NCBI GenBank assembly: GCA_905331295.1 | Contig: CAJNYD010000375.1 | Span: 1-64,000 of the forward strand | Reading direction: 5' to 3' | Length of the DNA: 64,000 bases | DNA from: Rotaria socialis | Lineage: Eukaryota | Part shown: piece after piece, positions 25,728 through 38,500 of the stretch | How the letters are laid out: the number at the start of each line of letters is the position of its first letter | How positions within the stretch are numbered: the stretch's first letter is position 1 | Translations under genes and position numbers: made by a program | Notes under the pieces: model-generated | Told to the model about the DNA's origin: nothing | Databases searched by the model: none | Seen by the model: the letters and a program-made list of their open reading frames with translations, nothing else

Positions 25728-27008
25728 CGAAAATGTTCTTCTACAAAGAAAAGATACTAATTAATTGACTTTTTAATGAAAAATAAAGATCGATTCATTT
25801 TTCCAATAAATACTTTGATAGCTCTTATTGAATCAATTGATGCATGAAGAGTATGAAAAATGTCTCTTGCACTATATTGTTTCTCATTTCAATTTAAGCG
25901 AATTAAAATGAAACTGTATTTCAACCATACTGAATGCTGTAACTTAGGAATGTAAAAGTAAACAAATTGACTTACGATTCTACGAATGAAGCTATGTTAT
26001 AACACAATTTACCTCGATGTTACTAGTTCTGACATGTTTTTTCTTTGGCGTAAATATTGGTGAACCAGTAAACGAGAAAAAAAACGTCAGAACAGAGACA
26101 ACAAAAACGACAACGTCACTGCTCTCTATAGCTGACGTATGCGCAAGTCTGTATAGAGAACACGAAAGAGAATGATAAACAGAGAACCAGCAAGGACGCA
26201 GATCGATGACGACAAGACAAGGGTAGTAATAGTAAAAGAAAAAGAATGCAAAGGAAAACAGATGAAAGGCAAAAAATGCTTGAGCAAGAAAATATAACAC
26301 AAAAATCATGATGAGAACACATTTGTAAGACCGACGACGATAATTGCTGTTTTCCGCGACTTTCTTCCACTATTCTCTTCACTTTCAATAGGAAAAGAAT
26401 TACGGGTTAGAGAGGAAAATAGTCGATGGACGAAGCAAAAACGTCTGATGAGAAACGATGAAAGAGAAAAAAAAAATATGTGCACGTTCGATATGAATCC
26501 ATATGTTCATGAACTTTGCTTACAAGCGAAAAATATATTTGAGGCGTCTTCGTAGATTAGAAATGGCATTTTAGAAAAGATTTTGATAAGCTTTCGACGA
26601 ACTAACTCAAACAAACATGTACAACGAGAAGAGAAGATAAAATCTTTTTTTTTCTCTCTCAATCACTCAGATAGAAAAAAGAAAATGGCATATAATAACT
26701 TCAGAAAATGCGAGAAAAAGAGTTAGAAACTATTTCATTGACTTATATTTCCTAAAGAAAAGTCATACGCTGACAACTATGAAGGGAGCTAAGAGTTTCA
26801 TCGAATTAGCGCGTAAGATATCAAGAGAAAATAGCATGTAAGACCTTGAGTATCATTAAAAAGTCTGCATGATTATCCAGTTCTATTTTTATCATATATC
26901 GACCAAAGATTATTGTAGATGACAAATGAGTTTCAATTTGCTTACCTACTCAACATGCTCACAATTTAGCTAAATTAGTTCGATGAATTCAAGAAAGCGT
27001 CTGTTTGT

Positions 27009-27606
27009 TAGGGATGTCACATTTCAATTTAAAAGAAAATTAAATCGAGAAATAAATTTTCAAAAATTTAAATTTAAAATAAATCAAATTGTTGTTAAAT
27101 GAAAAGGTAAATTTAACTAAATTTAAATTAAATTGCTTGAAATTCAAATTAGTTCAGTTTTTAAAACTAGCAGAAAAACGTAGTTTTTGATTTGATTGCT
27201 ACTATTTAAAGTCAAATTTTAGTATGCTTCCTGTTTTCTAAAGTTAAAGCTAGTCATTCTTCTACGAATTGTGCCATTAAATATATTTTTATGAGTATCC
27301 CGGTATTTTGAAGAAGAAAGATGACGGATTCTGCATAATTTGTAGAGACATTTTGACTATTATGAACAAATATTAACCTAGAATACTAGGTCTTTCTCTT
27401 ATTTAGTATTTACTACTGTTAAAGTCACGTATTTTCCTCAGAGCAATGATGTGCATCCACCCAAACAATTTATTAAATTTAAATGATTTTTCAGTCCAAA
27501 AATTTAAATTTATTTTAAATTTAACTTGATAGAATTCAATTTAAAATTCAATTAACTTTTCGCGAAGTTAAATTTAAATAAAATAAGCTGTAAATTGATA
27601 CCCCTA
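27009..27606. mobile_element. hAT-superfamily MITE (598 bp) with an 8-bp target-site duplication
   Basis: Ends TAGGGATGTCA and (reverse complement) TAGGGGTATCA. Flanks ctgtttgt (27001-27008) and ctgtttgc (27607-27614). Subterminal arrays of AAATTTAAA at both ends. Confidence 0.85.
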
Positions 27607-28503
27607 CTGTTTGCTATACCGATTTCTATTTTTAAACAAAATAGCTGATCTAATGGAACTTTATTTCCGAATCAATCTACCCGGATTATTTTTAAAAAAC
27701 AGCATCCTTTTACACCGCGTACAAGCGTAAATACCTACGCAAAGACAAAAAAAATGAAAAGAAAAAGAAAGAAGAGAGAACGAGAGCAAACAAGACAACG
27801 ATACTACAAAATAAAGACTAGTGGAGTATACAGTCCTACATGAATTTTGGTTAACATCACAACATAACAATTATATCATAGATTTTTTTGTAATTGCAGA
27901 TGTATTTTAATAAAAAAAATAATGTGATAAAAAACATATAAGAGTTTAAAGGATTCTTGCCAGCGCATTACTAATATTAGCCAAATAAAAAAGTAAACAA
28001 TATAAAATAAATGATTCATAGGAAGAAAAAGAAGATAGGCGAAGAAAGATTTACATCTATACGAACACAAGCGAAAAAGAATCTACGAAATAGGAGATGT
28101 ACTACACAGACTACGCTTCTATGAGTGCAGATCGAAGCGAGGCCTGACAAAAAAATGTCATGTTGTGGTAAAATTCAAAATGTATCGTTCAATTTGTCAA
28201 TTATCGTCCATAAATTTTTTCTTCTTTTGACGATTACTTCAGACAAACCAGTGTAACAGCCTCTCTCTCTCTCTCTCTTTCTTTCTTTATATCCATGCTT
28301 GAAAAACTCTCAAACAATGATTCACCATTATATAGGATTGGATAATTCCACGAACCGTTAGAAATCATCAATACTGTATGTAATCTAGTAAAGTAGAGGT
28401 ACTGCCAAACAACAAAAATAAATGTAATAGAAAAATGGCGTTTTAAAGCAGCTGAAATGTGAAATCGAGATCTCATCAATATTTCATTAATAATAGATAG
28501 ATC

Positions 28504-31145
28504 ATGTCTCGCAGTATGCCTTATCGTCTGGAATGTCCTGAAAAATGTCTGCAAACGCAAGATGATGCACTCAATTCAACCTTCTTCATCTTAAGACAAA
28601 CAGGTCCAACCGCTTTTGTCATTAAAGAAGATGATGAACGAATATTTAAAGTATTTAAAATAAATAGAAATTGTTTATTTATTCATGCCATATCAATTAG
28701 GTATTTTTGGGTGATCAACATCAATGCAGTTGTAATGCATTTCAACGAGATCGAGAATTATGCAAGCATCTTTGTTGGCTTCTATTAAAACGATTCCGTG
28801 TACCAAGAACGAATCCAAGTAATACATAATATTTAAAAGATATCCTTTTACTTATGCATGTAAATATACGTTTAGTGTTGTGGCAAAAAGGTCTTGTCGA
28901 ACGAGAAATAAACGAACTTCTACGTGGTTTAGCACGCGAGGATGAAAGAAATAAAACAAATCATAACAATAAAAAAAAAGTAAAATTTTCTTCATTTTAC
29001 TTTGTAGTTTTATTCTCTAAACTGTAGGAAAAACGAATTAAAAAAGAACTTTGATTTTAATACTTATTGCTATGATCTTAAAAGATGTTTTATATTTACA
29101 CTAGAACTAAAGAGAGATGTTTGTAAGCAGCATAATTCGACAATATCATCAGTCAGGTACTTATGATTTTTATCAATCAAAATCCATGAAGTTCAAATTG
29201 ATGCTTCGAGAAAGGATACGATTGATTATCATATCATATCCTGAATAGTCGCTCAGCCGAGATTGCATATAGATTTGATCGAATTCTATAGAAATCTGCT
29301 TCCCTTTATTGAAATTGCGAAGATGATGAGTTTTGATATCATTTTAACTTTGCTACTATCAAAAACAATATATTCTAAGTTCTTCTCTATAATTTTTTGT
29401 ATAACAAATAAATCAAAACATTTTCTAAAGATAATGAAGAAATCTATTTATTTTTACGTTACAGAATGATGCTGGAAATGATGGTGAAGATGATGTTGAA
29501 CAACGTTCAATTGGCGAAAATGATGTATGTCCTATATGTCAAGAAGAATTTTTAATTAAGAAATTACCTATTACTTATTGCCGGTTTGACAAAAATTTCG
29601 AACTAGTATAGCACATTAATCAAACATTTATTTGTTTTTTGTTTAGACACGGATGTGGCAATAATGTTCATGTTAAATGTATGAAAGTATGGTTGGATCA
29701 TCAAGTATCGACAGGTGAAAAAACTGTTAAATGCCCATTATGTCGAGAAACATTTGGTACTCCAGAACAATTGAAACAAGAATTTCGGTAGAAGCGATTC
29801 TAGTTTGCTATTGATGTTTCCTTTTGAAAAACTTGATATTATCTATTTTTAGCACAAGTGGAGCTCAACAAGCAGAAAAAACATCCATTCATTTGAGTTA
29901 TTCATGCAATCGTTGTCGTGCATGTCCAATTACTGGCAAATGTTATAAATGCACTACATGTCATGATTATTTTTTATGTCAAACATGTTTCAATTTAAAT
30001 ATACATAATGAACATCAATTTGATTATCGAGAAGTAAAAATTAAAACAGAATAACAATGAATTTGACTTTTATTTCTTTGACTTAATAAATACATTGGAT
30101 TTTATTTAGAAATCATTTCAACGCTGGAAATTAGCAATACGAGAACACTTAACTGCCTTACCTAATGCTCTTCATCAAATGTTAGGGAATAGAGAAATTA
30201 CAGAAAATGATTATGATATTCTTCTTCAACTTGAAAAGTAATTTATTAATTGACACATTTGTGTCATCGTTTTTCTTTTCTTTTCTTTTAATTCTCGTTA
30301 CCAAGCGCTCAAACTACTGCAATAATGGGTATACCAGAAAATATTGTTAAATCTATGCCAACTGAGCGTGTTCATGAACGAAGTCGTTTATTACAACATG
30401 GTGAACAATGTCGTATATGTTTAAGATCATATCAAGTAGGTGAACGTGTTCGACGTTTACGTTGTCGACATAAATTTCATATTGACTGTATTGGTAAGTT
30501 AAAAAGGATAAAATAAGATAATTTCTATTTATGTTTAATATTTTATTAGACGGCTGGCTTTTACATAGTCATCCAACATGTCCTATTGATGGTCAACTTG
30601 TATGGAGTGCTGAAATGGATAATGAACAAAGAGAAGCAAAACGGTAAGTTTTTTAGGAAAAAAGAAAAAAACGAAGTTTTTCTTTTCATTAAATTTTAAA
30701 TCAAGTTCATTACCTATTTTATAGTTCTGCTCTCGCTGCTAATCGACATTCGACAAAACATTGTTCTACTTCTGGCTCATCTTTACTCTCAGTTGATATG
30801 GGTCTATCTGTTACTCCTTATCATATACGACCACTTCATATGCAAACAAATACTGATTTAAATCAACGATTTCGACGTCTTCATATGCGTGCGCCACTAC
30901 GTCCATTAATAGCAACAACAACCAATGAATTTTCATCCGCTCTTGAAATAAATGCTCATAGCATAGGTAATCGACAATTATCATCAAATGATAATGAACG
31001 ACGACAATCATCACTACCATCACCGCCTCTATTAGAAAGAGAAGAAATTCGACGAGTAAATCTTGAACTTAATCAACATTTTACATTACCACCAACTATT
31101 GTTGGTCGTCGTTTACTAGAACGTAGGCGATCAAACGCTAAATAA
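28504..31145 (+). CDS. ZSWIM2: E3 ubiquitin ligase ZSWIM2/MEX (SWIM, RING, ZZ, RING), about 10 exons
   Basis: LRQTGPTAFVIKE, HQCSC...LCKHLCWLLLKRF (SWIM), CPICQEEF...C|RHGCGNNVHVKCMKVW...CPLCRE (RING), CNRCRACPITGKCYKCTTCHDYFLCQTCF (ZZ), REITENDYDILLQL, and CRICL...LRCRHKFHIDCI|DGWL...CPID (RING-H2). Confidence 0.93.
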
Positions 31146-31487
31146 TATATTTCTTCGCAGTTTTTGTTTAATGTGTACGACATTCATTTTATTATTTTTT
31201 TTGGTTATTAAGTTTGTTTTTATCCTTTCGAATATTACACATTTTCTATTTTGAAAAATATGAAATGCTCATAGAATTCAGATGAATCGGTACAAAATCT
31301 CATAGAAATAAATCGATTGAACTATATTCGTCTACTTCGATTTTAAGAGAAGATAGAAGTCTTTATCGAAAATACTGATTATTATAACAATGATTCAATA
31401 AACGGAAACATAGTTTTAGTTTTCATCGTCTTACTCTAGTTTCTATTCGTATATTCAAAACAAACAAAAAACATTATTTCTGTCATT

Positions 31488-32103
31488 TTAAACTTTGAAT
31501 GAAAAATAATTCTTGATGATGATCAATGAACGTTCATTTTGAAAATAAATCACTTTTATTAATATCTGTGGTTTTAGTTGTAAATAACCTGTTTCAACAT
31601 GATCAGCACATTTAGCACGTGCTTTGCCAGTCGTTTTCGATTCACTACCAACTTGTCGACCGATTTCATTATTTTTTAAATCCATTACACGTTCTTCAAG
31701 TGGTCCCGTTGTATTGTTATCCTCGTGAAGATCAGCAACTTTCTTAGCTTGATCCCGACCAACACTAATCGTCATTAAAGCATTCCAATAACAATGACGC
31801 AAAGCATCACCAATACCATTATGTAATGTTTTGCCTGGATAACTGTTTTGAGCTTCTGCAGCAGCTACATCGGCATTAGTTTTAGCTTTAGCACAATCAA
31901 ATGGATCAACAAGAAATAGGCATTTAACACCTTCTACTAATGTTGATCCAATCATATTTATTAAAATATTTTTAAAAGCAGAAAAAAAACAAGATTTCTT
32001 TTACCCGCGTGGTTCACCCCATACTTTCGACTTGTCAAGTTGGTGCAGCTTGAATACAAGCAGCAATGGCAAGAACAACGACTACGATGAATTGCGTTGG
32101 TAT
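31488..32103 (-). pseudogene. Decaying secreted protein with a bacterial-type DUF6973-like domain
   Basis: GDALRHCYWNALMT...ADLHE...MDLKNNEIGRQVG motif in 31488-31955. The upstream signal-peptide exon (32005-32103) begins with ATA and has in-frame TGAs or a frameshift. The intron lacks an AG acceptor before the ORF. Confidence 0.7.
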
Positions 32104-32544
32104 ATTTTTCTTATTTATTCGGTGATTTTAAAAACAAAAAATTGTAAAATAAAGTCCTCTTTTCAGACTATTTTATACTAATCATTTTTCATAGTTACTT
32201 ATTTTTGTAAATTGATATGCTGCCAAAATCCTGATGCCATTAAAATATTGAAGGATTAAAAATGTACTCAAAGAACAGTAATATAGATATTTAATGATAT
32301 ATTCAATTAGTTGAGACTCTTTTCTTTGGTTTCCTTTACATAAAATACCAATCAGTATTACGACAAATAGGAAAAAAACAATCAGTCGCAGTCGAAACAA
32401 CAAAAATCTTATTTTCAAAAACAAAAGCAGAAAAAAACTGAGTAATATATAGCTACACAGTAGCTACACATTTATTCGTTGATAAATAATTCTATACATA
32501 TAGAGAGAAAACAAAACGAATAGTTAGAAATAATTGTTCATAAA

Positions 32545-35500
32545 TTAATGAAATCCACTTGGATCATAACGTCCGAAATGATTTCGATGTCTATAAAAAA
32601 AAAATATACATATATATACATACAGTTATTTATCTGATATAAATTTATTTTCTTACCGAAAAGGTTCAAAAGGCATATTCATTGGATAATAATCATAAGG
32701 ACGATCATCAGAAAAGTCATCACCAGCAAAATACGGTGGAGGAAAATCCATTTCGAATGTACTAATTCAATATTAAAATCATATTATTGAAAAAATTAAT
32801 TAGAAAGACAACTAAATAAAATACTTACTTGTAACGTGACGATGGATAGCCATATGGTAAACGATCACGAAGACTAAAACCTGCACCTGAAACAAACAAA
32901 GAAAATATAAATAGATAATCATAGTTGAGAAAAAATTCTCTTACCTGGATAAGGAAAATTACTTAATGAAAATGGATAGCGATGACTAGATGATGCACTA
33001 GGCCGAAAATTAGTTGCACTACCTCTGCGAGGCCAACGATCCTAAACGATAGAATAGAAAAAGGTTGTTATTTTCGAAAATTTTAGTTTGAAAAAAATGT
33101 TGTTTATCGAATCATGTAAATATAACAAAGATATGTAGATTCAGTTGAATGAATTGACATAGCAAACAATAGGAATACTTGACTGTTAACCATCAATGAG
33201 ATGAAATATGACTCGATCAAATAAGCTATGTATTGTGGATAATAAATGTTCTGATAGAAAAGGATTCTAAAAGATATTCTTTAGAAGTATTGACTATTTC
33301 TAGAGTGATTTTTCATTTTAGATATGAAATAGATATTTTTCATGGGTTTTATGTTTTGTTCTCCTAGCTTCTCGCTCTATAACAATCATCGTTAAAAACA
33401 ATAATTTAAATAAAAATATATTTGAACAAGTAAATTAGACAATTAGGAAATTCAATAAAGGTACACTCTAAATAAACTTTGGCTATTTACTCGATCAGGT
33501 CCTCCATCATTTGCTGATTGCATTGCTGGAAGTAAATCATTTTCATTTCCATTATTGCCTCCATTATTATTATTATTATTATTATTATCATTAATATTAT
33601 TATTATTATTATTATTATTGTTATTATTATTATTATTGTTCAATGATGAATTATTTCCATTATTTCCATTTGAATTTTCATTATATTGTTTCTCAAATTC
33701 ATCGACATGCATTGATGGTGGTCGACTTGTATTTAATGGACGATTACGAAAATGATCTATGCGTCGTGGAATACCATTTGTTGTATTATTCGTATTAATA
33801 CCGCCAACTCGAATGTTTCGACGATTATGTCCACGCATTGGTGCACTCCATGGTGTACGACTTTTCGATACACTTGTTGTTATTATTGATGTATCTACGG
33901 TCACTGTGGGTTCTACTGTGACTGTACGTTTCTTTGGTGAAGATCTTTTCAAATAAAAAAGTTATATTGTCAGTTTTCTTGTTATCTTAAATAAATCATT
34001 ACTTTCGTTTTTTTGCTATTTTATCGATAATTTCTTTTTTATATTCCTCAACGAAATTAAATGTTCCACAATATTTACCAATAAAATCTTCAAGATCACA
34101 TTTAATCTGCCAAAAAGAATTAAATTAAAAAATTAAAATTAAAAAACTTGATCTATCTGACTTTTTCATGTGTTTCATCTGGATTTGTTGTTGTATCGTC
34201 TTGTCCATAATCAACATCATCAATTAACGCTGGAGTTGGAACTCCAAGCCAATAGAGTTCAGAACTTCGTTGATCATCAGTATAATCATTAACAATTGTA
34301 TAAATAAGACGATTTTGAAATTGAGTGTCAATTGATTCATATTTCGGTAAAATTATTTCACTCAGTAATACAATTTCTATTTAATTATACAAAAATAAAA
34401 TAAATTCTATGTATTTAGAGAAGTTTGTTAGTTAAAACAAATAAAATCTGATGGTTTGAAAAAATAGTTTGAAGATAGTTGCTTTGAAAACAACGGAGTT
34501 TATTTCATCAGAATATAAAATATATCTTGAACAGATTCTAATCACATTATGAAATCGAACTTTTATATTACTTATATAAGATTTGATTTTATGAATTAAT
34601 TCTTTGGTAATCGATAGAGCTGAAAAATTCTACTGCATGAAACTGCTTTCATGCTAAAAACACATGTCGTCATACGTGAAAGCAGAAGAAGAAATTATTT
34701 GAATATGAAACCCCCTCCAGAACTAAATTTTATTTGGTAGATTTCTATATTTCTAATCTTTCATAGCCCTATTATACTGTACAGAATTCCTTTGAATTTT
34801 TCTTTAAATTCTACTACGAATAACATAAAACATTTGCAGAATGAAAATATTTCCTTTATTTTTATCACAACGGATGAACCACAAAATTTTTGTTTTACTA
34901 TGTAAATTCATTTCCGTTGCAATTAGCCCTTTGCTTTTTGGTTAATACGAAACAAATTGGACGAACAGAAGTTTTATCATAATAAATTACGTGAATAATT
35001 TTAATCTATTACTGAAATTATTGACGATTAATAAAATATATTTTAGACAAAAAAAATTACTACCGAAATACGAGAAATGTAGTTGTTTTTTGATATTTTC
35101 AAGTAGTTGCATTTTTTAAATCGGTATCATTATTACTTAAAACTATTATTATTGATTGAGGGAGAATAGCTTCTTACGTATAAACTGTTATCAACATATT
35201 GGTGAAAGACGTAGAATTAACATCGATCGTTTTATTTTGCAACTATTTTTGAATATTAACATTTAGGTGATACTATACCCAGGTCGATCGTTCCGGTCAC
35301 CGGATACTGTAGGAACCGGCCGGAACGATGCGGAAAAATCACCGTGTTCTGGAGGAAAACACGAGAAGTCGCTGGAACGTGGAAGCAGTATTCCGGTCGG
35401 AAAATTTTCTGAGTTTTTCCCGATGATATACTGTCGAGAAGTACTGGAAGTTGGCCGAAATCTACCGGAACAAAATCCGGGAATTTTCGGCCGGAATACT

Positions 35501-38500
35501 GCTTTCACCGTCCAGCGATTTCCCGTGCTTTCTGGTAGTTTCCCGCCGTACCGCCACGACCTGGGATGACAACTGTTAATAGATAACGTTGTTGAATCAA
35601 TAAAAAGTTTCGATTACTAGTAATTCAAACTCATCAGAAAGAAAAAAAAATCTTATTTATCAAATTATCAACATAAACAACAAACCTGGTTCATGTTGAT
35701 TTCCTTTAAGTGATTGAATAATAGTGTTAGCACGTTCAAGAATTTTTTGTAATGTTTGAACACACTGTTGATCCTCTTCGTTTTGTTCTAGAATATCAGA
35801 ATTACCAATTGTTGGCTGCTTATTTTCATTGTCATGTGCACCCAATGAATCCTATGATTAGAATTATATTAGGCAAATCAACACACTGTGAAAGACAACT
35901 TTATCTTACATCATTAACAACAGCGTTGATTAAATCAACAAATTTTTCTAATTGACTTTCACCAGCCGTTGTAACACCAAGTAATTCACGAAATACAGAC
36001 AATTGTAAACATTGAGTTCGAATAAAACTACAATGGAAATATTTCTCTTTCATTCGAATTTATTATCTGCTTACATTGATTCTGGTGTATTTTCAATTGT
36101 CATAATTCGTTGTAGAAATATCATTGAAGCAGAAACAGCTTCAAGATAATCTGGTTGTTCCTTATCAAATCGCAGATCAAATTCAGCAATTAATGTACAG
36201 AGTACTTCTTTATTTTGCATTAAAGTCCTAGATAGAAGAAAAATTAAAATTTACAATCTTATTGAATAGTATTTTTGTTCATTGTTGATAGAAGATAAAT
36301 AAATGGGCAGGCTCGATTGGAATTTTTTGATGAAGTGTTTAAAAACAATTTTGATTTCAAGAGATGATCAAGTGGAAAAAAAGTAATCAAAGAGAAATTA
36401 TTGTTAACAAATGAAAAAGTGGGTGGCATTTAGAGAATATAATTTTGAACTTCGGATGTGTCTATAAATCAAATATCTTTTTTTTTGTATTGTGATGGCG
36501 AGCGGGATTTTTTTCTCGATATCAGCAAATCAGCTTACATATCTGTTTACAGCTACTTTATTCATGTGTATGAACGACTGCCTTATTGCACTTTTAGATG
36601 AACAAGAAACAGGATGACCAAAAAAGAGATATTTTGGAAATAAATAAAAGTAAAGCATCGTTATATCAATATCAAACTACACCTAAAGCTGATTTCACAT
36701 TATAATCTGTTAGATATTGCACTGAGAACTTTCTTACGTTCGAATCATTTGTAAACCAAAGTCATGTTCAGCAAGTGAGATCATTGATCGAAGTGCCATT
36801 GTTGTTTGTGTCCATGTTTGTTGTTGTTTAGTTGATGACAGTAAACGAAGAATATTTGTTAATATATATGATAAAAGTTCTTGATTTGGTAATGCATTAG
36901 CAAGAAATTGTAATGGACTATTCAATGATTTTGACGATGAAAGACATAAATTTGCATCACATAAAGTTTGAATAATTGACTAAAAATAAATAAATATTGA
37001 TATCGATATTATTCAATCTATTAAACAAACCATGGTAGCTTCTTGGCAAAGACATGTTTCGTTTGATTCGGCACGTGTATGAAGATAGTCTAGCATATCT
37101 TTCATAATCATTGTATATTTTTCATCGGAAGAATTTCTATTTAGACAAATATTACAATGAAAAAATTCACAAAGCAAAAAAGATAATAGCTTACAAAAGT
37201 GATAATAAAGCACATTTTCCGGAACGAATAGCAACAAGTGAAGCAATAAAAGCTACTAGACGACCGGAATCACTTATTGATTGTTTGGATGCTTTAGCTG
37301 CTTCACTATGATCATTCTTCCAAGCAGATATAAGTTCTTCCATTAATTTTCTACAAAACAAAAAAAGAAAAATATTGTAATGTTATTTTCGTACTATGAA
37401 AATTATTTATTTTCTTTATCTACTTCATAATAAGTTTAGCCAATTTTGGGCCTAAATCAATTAATTGCATACATAAACGTCGAAGAACTTCTTGCATTAT
37501 CGAATTTGATGTATGGCATAATGCTTGAATTAATTTTTGTAAATACTGATTTCTATCATGTATCCATATATAATGCATAACTGTATGATATCGATGAAAA
37601 TCATCTCTTATTGCATTTGTTTCATTGTCCGTTAATGCCTGTAGTAGAAAATATTCTTTATAGAAAATTCTTTCTTCTTCAAAGATTAAGTTCGACAAAC
37701 ATCTGATCATAGACAAATCAATCTATATTTTCTATAGGCATCTCAAAACAAATACGACTAAAATTAGACTGTAATTGTAGTGTGCGTCAATTTCAATACC
37801 TATGCATTTTGTTTTCTTTAGATAAAAATATGTTCGAATATTAGTTTTGAAATTTTCTCAAAAATTTTCATTTTAAAGGAAATATAACTTTTGAGATTTA
37901 ATGATCTTGATGGAAAAGATCAATATTCAGAGTAAATTAGATATAACTGGAACTAGAAAAAGAAGTACAACTTAGTTTTTTAAGTTTATTTCAGATAGAA
38001 ACTCAGCTGTGAAAACACAACAATTCAAGAAATCTCAAAAAGAAAGTCATCTTCTTTACAGTTCAGGAATAATTGAATTTGCTTTTTACTGTGTCAGAGG
38101 TCTAATTGTAACACATCAATAACAATATGAATATTTATTTCCTCTTGAGTTCTTCATTTACAACTGCAGTAGCAGAAATCAACACACGTATTCATTGGCA
38201 AACGGCAACATTATCGAAATAGTTGGATAGAACGATTTAAGTTTGGCATTTTCTAAAGCTATAAGCAATGTTCAGTAGAATATATTCTGAGAACTACAAA
38301 CAGAAACTTCGATCTTGTGACTAATTTCAAAACATAATTCAATGATAAATTATCAAATGATAGCAGTCCAGTCTTCTAATGCAAAACCAACGATCGAACA
38401 CTAAATTTATGAATAGTTTAAAGAAAACGTTGATTTCACGTGTTATATGATTGAAATAAATATCTTTCCAAGCTACAACATTGTTTAAACTTTTTCAATT

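Noticed and set aside
33555..33755. Plus-strand poly-Leu ORF
   Set aside because: Antisense shadow of the VIRMA poly-Asn repeat.
35263..35569. Overlapping ORFs of 60-100 aa on both strands (also at 45854-46186)
   Set aside because: They arise from the GC-rich palindromic MITE and show no protein features.
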